IMG/VR virus record: IMGVR_UViG_3300023184_004051
Coordinates: 44,671 to 108,670 of that record
Length of the DNA: 64,000 bases
DNA from: a virus
Strand: one strand, 5' to 3'
The notes beneath the pieces were generated by a model. That model saw only the letters and a program-made list of their open reading frames with translations. It was not told the origin of the DNA and searched no databases. Both the position numbers and the translations under genes were made by a program. Shown piece by piece: positions 10,336 to 19,968 of the stretch (positions within the stretch are counted from its first letter, which is position 1; every line of letters starts with the position of its first letter).

Positions 10336-10340
10336 ATGAC

Positions 10341-10387
10341 TTGTCGTGAATACTCAACTGTGCTACACTTCCAAAACCGACTAAGGA
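10341..10387 (+). promoter_or_regulatory. Promoter plus ACCGACTAAGG leader box
   Basis: TTGTCG-17-TACACT, then accgactaagga at 10376-10387 merging with the SD. Confidence 0.6.
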
Positions 10388-10394
10388 GTAGCCT

Positions 10395-10679
10395 ATGACC
10401 CGCAGAACACCAGTAGCCGAGGTCGTTCCGAACTACACCCCCACTTGGGTGACAGTATTGGAATGGAACGGCTTGACACCGGGCGACCCCGTGAAAATCA
10501 CGGGCGAGCGAGGGGACTTCACCTTCGCCTCTGTCCACGAACGAGATGGCGAGGTCATCTCTGTCAATGTTCACGGCGGGATGAACGGTCACCAAATGTG
10601 TAGGTCGTTTTATCCCCAAAAGGTCAGCAAAAAGGTCGCCAAACGGTCACGCCTTCGCTCGGCTCCGGCTGGCGACTGA
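10395..10679 (+). CDS. Hypothetical protein with its own promoter inside the tail operon
   Basis: ORF with strong aaggag RBS. Confidence 0.65.
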   Translation: MTRRTPVAEVVPNYTPTWVTVLEWNGLTPGDPVKITGERGDFTFASVHERDGEVISVNVHGGMNGHQMCRSFYPQKVSKKVAKRSRLRSAPAGD

Positions 10680-10764
10680 CTGAGATGGGCTAACCCCCAT
10701 CTACCCACAGGTGATTTTCCAATCGGGTGCTACGATTTTAGTAGGCATCATACGGGAAGGCACT

Positions 10765-10977
10765 ATGGCTAAGGCTAAATCACAGGCGTATCAAGTCACC
10801 GATAAGTCACCTTTGTCCTACAACGGCAAGGATGTGTCTTGTGGTGAAGTGGTCACTGACATTCCCGGCGAAAGCATCTCTTGGCTTCTTGCTGATGGTT
10901 TCATCGTTCCCGTCGAGTCAGTCGAGGAAGCCACTCCCGCAGTTTTGGATGAGGCTCCTGCGGATGGTGAAAACTAA
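10765..10977 (+). CDS. Small hypothetical protein preceding the tail tube genes
   Basis: GEVVTDIP...ISWLLADGFI; coupled to the next gene (TAATG). Confidence 0.6.
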   Translation: MAKAKSQAYQVTDKSPLSYNGKDVSCGEVVTDIPGESISWLLADGFIVPVESVEEATPAVLDEAPADGEN

Positions 10978-11933
10978 TGCCCACCTTCCTTCACGGCAAG
11001 AATACGCGCGTGGTGCTTGTCAACCCGAACTTCACCTCGCAGACCTTCACGGCTACCGTCACGAGCGGTACTGCAGTTATCACCATCGTGAGCGCCAACT
11101 TGTCTTTGGTGCCCGGTATGGGTATCACCGCAGCCTCAGGCTTGCCTGCCGGAACCGTCATTCTCTCGGCTTCAGGGCGCTCTCTCACCCTGTCCAACAA
11201 CTTCACCGGAACCGGAACGATTACTTTCACCGCTTCTAGCACGGGTATCGCCTACGACATCTCGCAGTTTTTCAATGATGTTTCGGTTTCCTTCGCGAGC
11301 GAAGCCGCTGAAATCACGACTTTCCAAACGGCAGGCTTCAAGTCTTACATCGCTGGCTTGCGTGAAGGCAACATTTCACTAAACGGGTTCTACGACGGAA
11401 CCATCACGGGTGTTGACGCAATCCTGTACACAGCCATTGCTAATACGGGCGACGAAGGCTGCATCGTGTTTACCGATGGCAATAACTCCGCTACTTCTGC
11501 CTCTCGGTGCTACATCACCAGAGGTATTGAGACAAAGTATGACCTCAAATCGCCTGTTTCTGGCGTTGTTGCGGTTGATACTGAAATCCAAGCAGACGGC
11601 GGTGTGTGGCGTGGCATCGGTCAAAACTTCACCCAAAGCGGTGCGGCAACGACTTATGCACCGTCAACAAATGGCTACGACGGCGGTAGCGCAACAACGA
11701 ATGGCGGGTTGCTGATTGTGGGCGTGACGGCATTGACCGGCACAAGCCCAACTGTGGCCTTGACTTTTCAGCACTCCCCAGACCAATCCACTTGGACTGA
11801 CCTCGCAACAAGCAACACGGGTGGCGCTGTCACCATCGTCGGGGGAAGCATTTATCGCTACACAAGGCTCAGAGTTGTTTTGGGTGGCACAAGTCCTTCA
11901 GCAAACATCTACTACGGGTTCGCCCGCTTCTAA
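10977..11933 (+). CDS. Major tail (tube) protein paralogue 1
   Basis: MPTFLHGKN...E.TTF....KSYIAGLR...TKYDLKSPVSGVV. Confidence 0.7.
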   Translation: MPTFLHGKNTRVVLVNPNFTSQTFTATVTSGTAVITIVSANLSLVPGMGITAASGLPAGTVILSASGRSLTLSNNFTGTGTITFTASSTGIAYDISQFFNDVSVSFASEAAEITTFQTAGFKSYIAGLREGNISLNGFYDGTITGVDAILYTAIANTGDEGCIVFTDGNNSATSASRCYITRGIETKYDLKSPVSGVVAVDTEIQADGGVWRGIGQNFTQSGAATTYAPSTNGYDGGSATTNGGLLIVGVTALTGTSPTVALTFQHSPDQSTWTDLATSNTGGAVTIVGGSIYRYTRLRVVLGGTSPSANIYYGFARF

Positions 11934-11942
11934 GGAGTAAAA

Positions 11943-12650
11943 ATGGCAACTTTCCAGCACGGTAAGAACGGATTTCTGGCCCTCGGCTACGAAACCGCAA
12001 CGACTATCCCGACCCTGACCGCAGGTATCTCGGCAACGACGGCATTGGGAACCATCGGCGGTTTCACTAACTCGCTGCTTGATGGCAACAAGGCAAACCC
12101 CGTTATCACGGGTGGCTCGACCTACGGCGTGTTCCTCGGTGGTGTTCCAAACTACCTGACCGCTTCGATTGCAGCCTCGGGTGGAACGCTTGCTCAGGCC
12201 GCAACTGTCGCCACCAGCGCACAGGTTCTCTCAATGGTCAACTTTTCACCATACATCAACGACATTTCGTTCCCACAGGCGATTGAAACCAACGAAACCA
12301 CCACGTTCTCGTCGGCGGGTGTCAAGACCTACATCGTCGGTCTGAGGGGTTGGACTATCTCCTTTGGTGGAATGTTGGACTTGACCGTTGGCGCGACGAA
12401 CGCTCCGGGTGGCGTGGACAAGATTATGTCTGACATCATCGCTTTCCAAAATGTTTCCAGCGCAAACCTTGTCTCGTTTGTCTACGGCCCAGCATCGCCC
12501 GGTGCTTTGGGTGGTGGAACCGCCGACCTGAAGTATTACGGTCAGAGCGTCTTGACGAAGTACGACCTCAAATCCTCAGTCTCGGGTGTGGTCACTTTTG
12601 ATGGTGAACTTCAGGTCACTGGTGCTGTTTACCGCACGACGACTCTCTAG
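11943..12650 (+). CDS. Major tail (tube) protein paralogue 2
   Basis: MATFQHGKN...ETTTF....KTYIVGLR...TKYDLKSSVSGVV..GELQVTG; directly precedes the chaperone. Confidence 0.75.
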   Translation: MATFQHGKNGFLALGYETATTIPTLTAGISATTALGTIGGFTNSLLDGNKANPVITGGSTYGVFLGGVPNYLTASIAASGGTLAQAATVATSAQVLSMVNFSPYINDISFPQAIETNETTTFSSAGVKTYIVGLRGWTISFGGMLDLTVGATNAPGGVDKIMSDIIAFQNVSSANLVSFVYGPASPGALGGGTADLKYYGQSVLTKYDLKSSVSGVVTFDGELQVTGAVYRTTTL

Positions 12651-12687
12651 TTGATACGATAAGTAGAAACTAGCCCAAGGAGTATTG

Positions 12688-13074
12688 GTGTCAAACCTTT
12701 CAGCAAAGATTTTCGCAGCATCCGACATTGAGAGTGAGTTGGTGGATGTCCCGCAATGGGATGTCACGCTGTTAGTGAAATCCATCACGGCGAAAGACCG
12801 TGCAGTAATGATTTCGGGTTCTGTCGAGAACAATGGTGAGTTTCGGTTGGAGGAAATCCTCCCCGACCTCGTTATTGCCGCTTGTTATGACCCCGAGACT
12901 GGCGAGAAGGTTTTTCAGCCCGGTGACCGTGATGCGCTTATGGCAAAATCAGCCGCACCCATTGAACAGTTGGCGCAAGTCGCTATGCGTTTGTCGGGTA
13001 TGGAGGAAACTTCGGTGGATAACGCGGGAAAAGATTTTACGCCAACCCCGAGCGACGCTTCCTCTTTGAGTTAG
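12688..13074 (+). CDS. Tail assembly chaperone (G)
   Basis: E.V.VPQW...LLVKS; lies between tail tube and tape measure; slippery site near the 3' end. Confidence 0.8.
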   Translation: MSNLSAKIFAASDIESELVDVPQWDVTLLVKSITAKDRAVMISGSVENNGEFRLEEILPDLVIAACYDPETGEKVFQPGDRDALMAKSAAPIEQLAQVAMRLSGMEETSVDNAGKDFTPTPSDASSLS

Positions 13075-13220
13075 CCGAGAAGTTAGGGAGAACGGTTGGC
13101 GAACTCCTAGAAGGTTCTCCCGCACATAGGCCGATGTCCGCTAGTGAAATGGTGGAGTGGCAGGCAGTTTGGAAAATCCGAGCGTATGAGCAAGAGGAAG
13201 CAATGAAGGAGAATGGCTAA
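13026..13220 (+). CDS. -1 frameshift extension (GT) of the tail assembly chaperone
   Basis: G GGA AAA at 13026-13032; the -1 frame reads GKRFYANPERRFLFELAEKLGRTVGELL...MSASEMVEWQA to TAA at 13220. Confidence 0.8.
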   Translation, partial: GKRFYANPERRFLFELAEKLGRTVGELLEGSPAHRPMSASEMVEWQAVWKIRAYEQEEAMKENG

Positions 13221-13244
13221 CTGCTAAGAGGAAGGTGGTGAAAA

Positions 13245-16200
13245 ATGGAAGAAAGTATGCGTATCCGAATACTCGGAGATGCGTCTAGCGCCCAAACCGC
13301 TTTTCAGCAAGCAGAGAAGGCCGCTCAACTTGCGGCTGACAAAATCAGTCACTCTTTCAATCACCTCGGAAGCCTGTTCAAGCGAACCATTGGCTTCGCT
13401 GGCATCGCCGTTGGTCTTGATACCGCGCTGGAAAGTGCATCGCACCTCATCAACGCTCAGAAGGCACAGGCTCAACTCCTGTCCAACCAAGCGAAACAGC
13501 AGGGCAGTATCATCAAGTTGCAGGACTTTGAGTTGGAAGGCAATGCAAAGGCTTACGCTTGGAAGTCCAAAACGCTTGACCAGATGGCGACGCAGTTATC
13601 ACTAAACAACGCCATTTCCAAATCAGACATCGTTCAGGCGCAGAACCGGCAACTCACGAACACGGACTTGCTGAAGTTCTACTCCAAGGGCAACGCTGCG
13701 CTTTCACAACAGAACCAGACTTACAAAGACATCGTGAACGAAGCCCGCCTCCACGGGGTAGCAATGTCAGGTTCTCAGGCAGCAATGGCGACGACGCTGA
13801 CCACCGCAGCCAACCTTGCTGAAGTCACGGGTCAAGGCATCAACGGCTCAATGATGATGTTGACTCGTTTGATGGCTGACCCTGCCAAGCGAATGTCGGC
13901 AATGTCCCGTATGGGTATCCAAATCGCCAAGTCTGACCAAGAGCGCATCAAGGCGCTGGAAAAAACCAAGGGTCTGATGGCGGCTCAGGGTGAGTTGCTG
14001 AATGTTTTGGATAAGACCTATCACGGGATTGCCGCAACAGCAGCCTCGCCGGTAGAAATCCTGAAAAACGCCTTGGCAAACGTTTGGACTGCATTGGGCG
14101 AAGGTCTTATGCCTGTGCTGGAAAGTTTGTCTGCCGTTGTTATTGAGGTGGTGACACCACTTCTCCCTGTCCTTCAGAGTATGGGCAGCCTCATTGAGGA
14201 AGTAGCAAAACGACTCGGTACATCGCTCGGTTCGTTGATTTCCGACCTCATCCCCTTCATCGACCTCTTAGTGAAAGGGATGCTGCCCGCATTTTTTGAC
14301 CTCATCACGCCTCTCGTGCAGATGGCCGACAAAGCGATTACACCACTTGCCCAAGCGTTCTCGCAGTTGGTTGGTGAGGGTGAGAAAATGGGCCCCCTTT
14401 CCCAAGCGTTTTTGGATATGGGCAAGACCATTGGTGAAAACTTGAAGCCTGCGGTGGACTTCATCGCTGATGCCTTCAAGAAAATGTCCAAAGACGGCAC
14501 TCTGGACAAGATGATGAAAAGCCTTTTGGATACCTTCAAGGCTCTTGCTCCCATCCTTCCCGACCTCGCCGTTGCATTGGCGAACTTGGTGATTGCGATT
14601 ACTCCCGCCTTCATCGCTGCACTTCCCATAATGGTTGATGCCTTTGCATTGTTCGTGCAAATCCTGACTGCGATTACACCACTCGTCGTGGATGTGGCAA
14701 ACGGCATTGCCGACTTGGTGAAAAAGATTACGGACAACAAGGGCTTGACCGGCGTTATTGGCACACTCATCGGCCTTTGGTTCACCAAGAGCCTGTTCAT
14801 CACTCCACTCGTCGCCATTACTTCGGGTATTGGAATGATTATCACCAAAATCATTTCGGCTGGCTCGGCTCTGAAGGGCGTTGGCTCAATCGCCAAGGGG
14901 CTTTTCACTAAGGGCTTTGGCGGGGCTTCGGCTGCACGACTCGGTTCATTGGATAGACGAGCCGACATCGCCACGAGCAAGGCAACAGCGGCATTTGGAA
15001 TGTATGGTGGTGAAAGTGGTCGCTACAAGCGAGCAGCCGCCAAGCAAAAAGAGGCAGTTGAGCGCGCTGAAGCGTTCCGTGGGCGGGTCAACACAGTTGC
15101 CGGTGCTGGCGGTGGTGTAAAAGGACTCCTGAAGTCGGTATTCGGTTTTGGACTTGGAACAGGTTTCAAGCCCGCAAGTGAAGTTGACGCAGTAAACCAA
15201 AACACCCAAGCACTCATTGAGTTGACCGCAACCCTCGGTCGAACAGCAGGCGGTCTGTCCGGCGGTTTTGGAAGTGGGGGTAGTGGAAAATCTAAGCCGA
15301 TGACTGACTTGGAAAAGACTTATGCTGAACTTCACGCTAGGCAATATGGCGGAAGTAGCGGAAGGGGAGCCATACCGGGGCTTCAGTCTTTGCAAACCGC
15401 TCTTGCTGAAAATGGCTATGCCGGTAAGAACGGAAAGCCACCGTCAGGTGGAAAGTTTGGCCGCTTCGGTTCGTTTATGAAAAATGAGTTCTCGGCTATG
15501 GGCGAGGATGTCAGGAATGGCGCTGCCCGAACCAGTAGGATTGGCTCAAAGATTGCCGGATTTGGCAGACTTGGAAGGTTCAGCGCCGGTTCTGGCATTG
15601 TCGGTGGTCTTGCCTCGGCTGGTATTGGAATGGCAATGCCTCTCCTTCAGAAGGTGATGCCAAAGAAAGCGGCAAATGTCCTTGGTGGGGTCGCTCAGGG
15701 CGCTTCTATGGGAATGATGTTCGGCCCTTGGGGTGCAGCCATCGGAGCGGCAATCGGCCTAGTGAAATCCTTGTTCCAAAACTGCAAGCCTTTCCACGAC
15801 TTCGTTATCAAGGTCGGCCACAAACTGATGGAGTGGGGCAAGATTATTTGGACAAAAGTTCAGCCTGTCCTGAAGGTGGTTTGGGAAATCATCAAAAAAA
15901 TCGCCACCATCTACATCAAGGCAATGATTTTCGGGTTCAAGATTGTGTGGGGTGTCATCAAGATGGTTTGGAACGTGCTGAAAACCGTCTGGGATGTTCT
16001 GTACGCCATTGGTAAGTGGGTCGTTGGCGTGCTGATGGCTTACTTCAAGGGTTGGTGGACAATCATCAAAGCGGTTTGGGGCATACTGAGTGGCATTTGG
16101 GATGGCCTTGTATCTGGTGGAAAGACCGCTTGGGGCTGGCTGAAGGGTATGTTTGGGTGGATAAAAGACGCAGGGGGAAACGTGTGGGATGCGCTTTACA

Positions 16201-16595
16201 ACGGTTTTGTTTGGGCGGTAAACAAGATTATTGGTCTTTACAACGGAACCCTTGGCAATCTGTTGAGTTGGATTGGCGTGGATGCCAAAATCGGCACACT
16301 GACGTATGTTGACCACCACAGCAAGCCCAAGAAGCACCACTCCGGCGGTATCGTTCAGGGGCCACGAGGCAAGGAAGTTCCGGCCATCTTGCAGGCGGGT
16401 GAGGCTGTCACTTCGCTAGCCCAAATGAACGCAGGTCGCAACAGGGGAGCGGGCAACACCCTCAATGTCCAACCAAACGCTGTCACCATCGTGGTCAACG
16501 GCAATGCCGACGCTGCGACTACTGCTGAAATCAAGAAGCACGTTGATGCTCAGTTCAAGGAACTGCACCGCACCCTGAGGGGTATGGGTCGGTAA
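13245..16595 (+). CDS. Tape measure protein
   Basis: 1116 aa, helical, Trp-spaced repeats, C-terminal HSGG.V.GP...EVPAILQAGE; follows the chaperone. Confidence 0.9.
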   Translation: MEESMRIRILGDASSAQTAFQQAEKAAQLAADKISHSFNHLGSLFKRTIGFAGIAVGLDTALESASHLINAQKAQAQLLSNQAKQQGSIIKLQDFELEGNAKAYAWKSKTLDQMATQLSLNNAISKSDIVQAQNRQLTNTDLLKFYSKGNAALSQQNQTYKDIVNEARLHGVAMSGSQAAMATTLTTAANLAEVTGQGINGSMMMLTRLMADPAKRMSAMSRMGIQIAKSDQERIKALEKTKGLMAAQGELLNVLDKTYHGIAATAASPVEILKNALANVWTALGEGLMPVLESLSAVVIEVVTPLLPVLQSMGSLIEEVAKRLGTSLGSLISDLIPFIDLLVKGMLPAFFDLITPLVQMADKAITPLAQAFSQLVGEGEKMGPLSQAFLDMGKTIGENLKPAVDFIADAFKKMSKDGTLDKMMKSLLDTFKALAPILPDLAVALANLVIAITPAFIAALPIMVDAFALFVQILTAITPLVVDVANGIADLVKKITDNKGLTGVIGTLIGLWFTKSLFITPLVAITSGIGMIITKIISAGSALKGVGSIAKGLFTKGFGGASAARLGSLDRRADIATSKATAAFGMYGGESGRYKRAAAKQKEAVERAEAFRGRVNTVAGAGGGVKGLLKSVFGFGLGTGFKPASEVDAVNQNTQALIELTATLGRTAGGLSGGFGSGGSGKSKPMTDLEKTYAELHARQYGGSSGRGAIPGLQSLQTALAENGYAGKNGKPPSGGKFGRFGSFMKNEFSAMGEDVRNGAARTSRIGSKIAGFGRLGRFSAGSGIVGGLASAGIGMAMPLLQKVMPKKAANVLGGVAQGASMGMMFGPWGAAIGAAIGLVKSLFQNCKPFHDFVIKVGHKLMEWGKIIWTKVQPVLKVVWEIIKKIATIYIKAMIFGFKIVWGVIKMVWNVLKTVWDVLYAIGKWVVGVLMAYFKGWWTIIKAVWGILSGIWDGLVSGGKTAWGWLKGMFGWIKDAGGNVWDALYNGFVWAVNKIIGLYNGTLGNLLSWIGVDAKIGTLTYVDHHSKPKKHHSGGIVQGPRGKEVPAILQAGEAVTSLAQMNAGRNRGAGNTLNVQPNAVTIVVNGNADAATTAEIKKHVDAQFKELHRTLRGMGR

Positions 16596-16623
16596 ATCCC
16601 GACTTCGTGGGGTAGAGTGGTGA

Positions 16624-19600
16624 TTGAGCGAGATGAAAACTTACTACGCCAATCCAAACTACGCCGAGGCTGGCAACTCCGATAACTGGGTAGTAGTAGG
16701 GGCGCAAAGTGCTGATGTTTCCGTCAATGACTTGACACAGTTGGCCGTTGGCAACATTTCAGCACCAACAAGTGCCTCAACTACCGGGTATTACTTCGCC
16801 CAAGTAGAGGATTTGACCCGCCTGACAAAGGGATGGTCATACCTCACCAAGACCAATCTCGGCCCTCGCAACCAAGCGAATGACACCTTTCAAGGCAACC
16901 GCCCGCAAGCGCCTGTCTCGGAACCCTATGTCTATGTTGCTGAAATCAACGGCTTCCTCAATGGCGACACTCTGGCAGTTTTGGAAGGTCAGCAAGAGAA
17001 CCAACCTCCATTTTCCAATGCCGCCACTTCATCTGACTATGGGACAAGTCAGTGGTCAGTCGTTCGCAACGCCGGTCTTATCCCGCTCGTCAGCACCGAC
17101 CCCGGAAACTCCACCACATCGTTCTTGCAACCCGAGAACTCGTCATCCCTCGCTTCACGCCTCATCGCCTACAACAACATTGACTATGGCGACACGAACT
17201 ACGGAAACACCTACACGGATGACGGTGGCAACACTCTGCCTGTCCCTGCAACCAAGAACTACGGCTCAAAGTTCACCCCAACTCCCGACAACTTGGGAAA
17301 TGGAACAACGCAGAACTGGTATCTCGTCGCTTCAGGTGATGACACGGCTCAGGCAAACCTTCTCACGATGCTGCCGGATTTCACTACCGATGGCGAGCAA
17401 GTTGTCAGCGTGCAGGTTGGGCAGACCGCAACAACCGTCACTTTGAGTGCGGCAAACTCCGCTTTCACCGTCGGTCAGACCTTGACGATTGTGACGAACA
17501 GCACAGGGGTGAGCAGTTCGCTGCCTTACCTGTCTACAAGCGCCCCGATGGGTTGGTTTGCTGGAAAGATTACAAGCATTGCCGGTGCGACCCTCTACAC
17601 CGACCTCAACGACACCACTTCCAATACCGGAACGCTTGACCCCCTGCCCGGAAGCCTCAATAATGCTTTGACATTCACCGGCACAGTTTTGGGAACGAAC
17701 ACGATTACGATTTCAGCAGTTGGCTCAACATCCAACTATGGCATCGCCGCCGGTCACACCCTGACTCTGACCAACACGATTTCCACTATCAGTTCAACGG
17801 CCTCAACCTTCACGGTCACCACGAGCGCCACGCACTACATCGTTGCAGGTCAACAGGTCACCATCGCTGGCGTGACAGGGGCTACTTACACTCCTTACAA
17901 CGGGACTTGGACTGTCGCTACGGTTGGGGCAACCACTTTCACCGTGACAAGCACCATCAACCCCGGAACGGTTAGCCCTGCGAGTGCAACGGCTTCGCAA
18001 CAGGCGTATGTCGGCTCAATCATCGGAAACGGCGTGGGTGCTGTAATCACGCTAGATGCCTATGGTGGGCCAATGGGACTCAATACCGCCATCACAAACG
18101 GCTCTGGCATCTCGTTTTCAGCAAACTACCTTGACAACAATGTGCGAGCATACGCAGCGACAATCACCAACTACACGCTCCGTGTCAATGACGACGGCAA
18201 CAAGTTGGACTGCCAATACTCAACTGCGCCTTATTACGCCCAAAACTGCAAACTCTCCCTCTCATCGGCACTTTCCACTACCGGCGCTACGACGCAGGTT
18301 GTTCTCCGCAACAACGATGTGTATGACTACACCATCTATGGGGCGACGAACGGTGGAGTAGTTGTTGCAGTCATCTCAGGCGACAACTACCAAGAAATCA
18401 CCGTCACGAGCGACACAACCATCTTGGGTTTTGGAACAGCAACCGCCACGGCTACAAGTTTCACGCCAAACTTCGCTTACCCCGCTCGCATCACCTCGCT
18501 TTACGATGTCACTCAGACAAAAAGTGGTGATAATGACCGATACGGCAAAGTTCTTGTCCTCCCTGTCATCCCGCAGATTTACCGCAACGCCCCAATAGCG
18601 CAGTTCAAGAGTATGACCGCTTTGAGTGGTGGAATAACCGAAACGATTTCCGGCTCTACCTATTACTACGGGACAGTTGGAAGCACTTACTTCTCGTCTG
18701 ACCCCTACACGGTTTCAGTAGATGATGTTTCCAATATCAACGTTGGCGACACGCTTACTTTCCGCAACGACTACAACCCGTGGTTCAGCAACTACACGAC
18801 CAAGCCTCCGACATCCTCTGAATGGTCAACCTATGGCGACAATGTGCCTTGGAGTTGGACACTCACCGATAGCGGCGCTTCAGGTTTCACCTGCACGAGC
18901 GGGGCGACCTTCATCATCCTTCCTGATGCAAATGGCTACTCCCTCCCCCTAGTGAAAGGGCAAGCAGCGTTCGGTGCGCCAACCTATGTTCCAAATGGGG
19001 CAAAAGTCACGGGTTGGAACGCCACGCAGATTTTCTTTGACCAAAACACCACAGCAACCGTCGCCACCCCTGCCCAAAACATCCGCTTCTACCCCGGAAC
19101 TTCAGGCTTCAACTATTGGAAGGTTTACTCGGTCAACACGGCGGATAACACCTTCGTCATCTACGGTTCGTCGGGGGCATACGAGCAGATTTCAGCATCT
19201 TACGGAACCAACGGCGACAGTCAGAACTACATCTTTGACTACAGTAATCACCTCTACGCAGGGAATACTGTAGACATTTCCAGCACGATTGGCGTTGGAG
19301 CGGGCGTTGTCGGACTGTCAAGTGCGGTAAATGTTGGGCCAGAAGTCAACCTTTCTTGGCACACAACCAACACGGTGATTGCCTCATACGCAGAGGGTGG
19401 GCGCTACATCGGTAGTGAAAGCCTTGGCGACCAAGAAGTAGCAATCCCTTACCGCCTCGGTTCGCTGATTGGCTCAACCCTTGCAGTTGACATCATCGCT
19501 CAGACAAGCACCGCCATCGTGGTGAACGCACTTCCAAATACGGCTGCATCGGGTATCTACAATCCGTCATACACCCTTACGGACTACAACCAATATGGAA

Positions 19601-19968
19601 ACTCGCCAGCGCAACTTGCCAACCTCGGCCAAAACGCAGGCTTCGCCATTTTGTCAACCGAAAGCGCATATTCCACCAACTACTCAGTGGGCAATGTGTT
19701 CCCTCTTGTCGTGGGTGGCGGGGATACGCAGGAAGTCGTGTTGGTTCAGCGTGGCACATCCAAAGTCCCTAACCCCATTGACGGTGGCACGAGCCTCAAC
19801 TCTCCGATGGTTTGGAACTTGGCTTCGGGGCAGTCTTTTCAGTATGACCACGATGCGGGCGACCCAGTTTGCCTTCCAAACTTCATTTACAAATCAGCAG
19901 GTACGATTAGTCACGCCGCCAATGCGCCAGTAGTCGGCCTACCAGATACGGGAACTGTTTATGGCTAA
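16624..19968 (+). CDS. Large minor tail protein
   Basis: 1114 aa after the tape measure; contains a TVTT...H....GQ.VTIAGV....YNG.WTV module. Confidence 0.65.
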   Translation: MSEMKTYYANPNYAEAGNSDNWVVVGAQSADVSVNDLTQLAVGNISAPTSASTTGYYFAQVEDLTRLTKGWSYLTKTNLGPRNQANDTFQGNRPQAPVSEPYVYVAEINGFLNGDTLAVLEGQQENQPPFSNAATSSDYGTSQWSVVRNAGLIPLVSTDPGNSTTSFLQPENSSSLASRLIAYNNIDYGDTNYGNTYTDDGGNTLPVPATKNYGSKFTPTPDNLGNGTTQNWYLVASGDDTAQANLLTMLPDFTTDGEQVVSVQVGQTATTVTLSAANSAFTVGQTLTIVTNSTGVSSSLPYLSTSAPMGWFAGKITSIAGATLYTDLNDTTSNTGTLDPLPGSLNNALTFTGTVLGTNTITISAVGSTSNYGIAAGHTLTLTNTISTISSTASTFTVTTSATHYIVAGQQVTIAGVTGATYTPYNGTWTVATVGATTFTVTSTINPGTVSPASATASQQAYVGSIIGNGVGAVITLDAYGGPMGLNTAITNGSGISFSANYLDNNVRAYAATITNYTLRVNDDGNKLDCQYSTAPYYAQNCKLSLSSALSTTGATTQVVLRNNDVYDYTIYGATNGGVVVAVISGDNYQEITVTSDTTILGFGTATATATSFTPNFAYPARITSLYDVTQTKSGDNDRYGKVLVLPVIPQIYRNAPIAQFKSMTALSGGITETISGSTYYYGTVGSTYFSSDPYTVSVDDVSNINVGDTLTFRNDYNPWFSNYTTKPPTSSEWSTYGDNVPWSWTLTDSGASGFTCTSGATFIILPDANGYSLPLVKGQAAFGAPTYVPNGAKVTGWNATQIFFDQNTTATVATPAQNIRFYPGTSGFNYWKVYSVNTADNTFVIYGSSGAYEQISASYGTNGDSQNYIFDYSNHLYAGNTVDISSTIGVGAGVVGLSSAVNVGPEVNLSWHTTNTVIASYAEGGRYIGSESLGDQEVAIPYRLGSLIGSTLAVDIIAQTSTAIVVNALPNTAASGIYNPSYTLTDYNQYGNSPAQLANLGQNAGFAILSTESAYSTNYSVGNVFPLVVGGGDTQEVVLVQRGTSKVPNPIDGGTSLNSPMVWNLASGQSFQYDHDAGDPVCLPNFIYKSAGTISHAANAPVVGLPDTGTVYG

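Noticed and set aside
14174-16340. Long antisense ORFs within the tape measure gene, and similarly 30475-31113, 34854-35756 and 57392-58075
   Set aside because: Shadow ORFs opposite well-supported genes.
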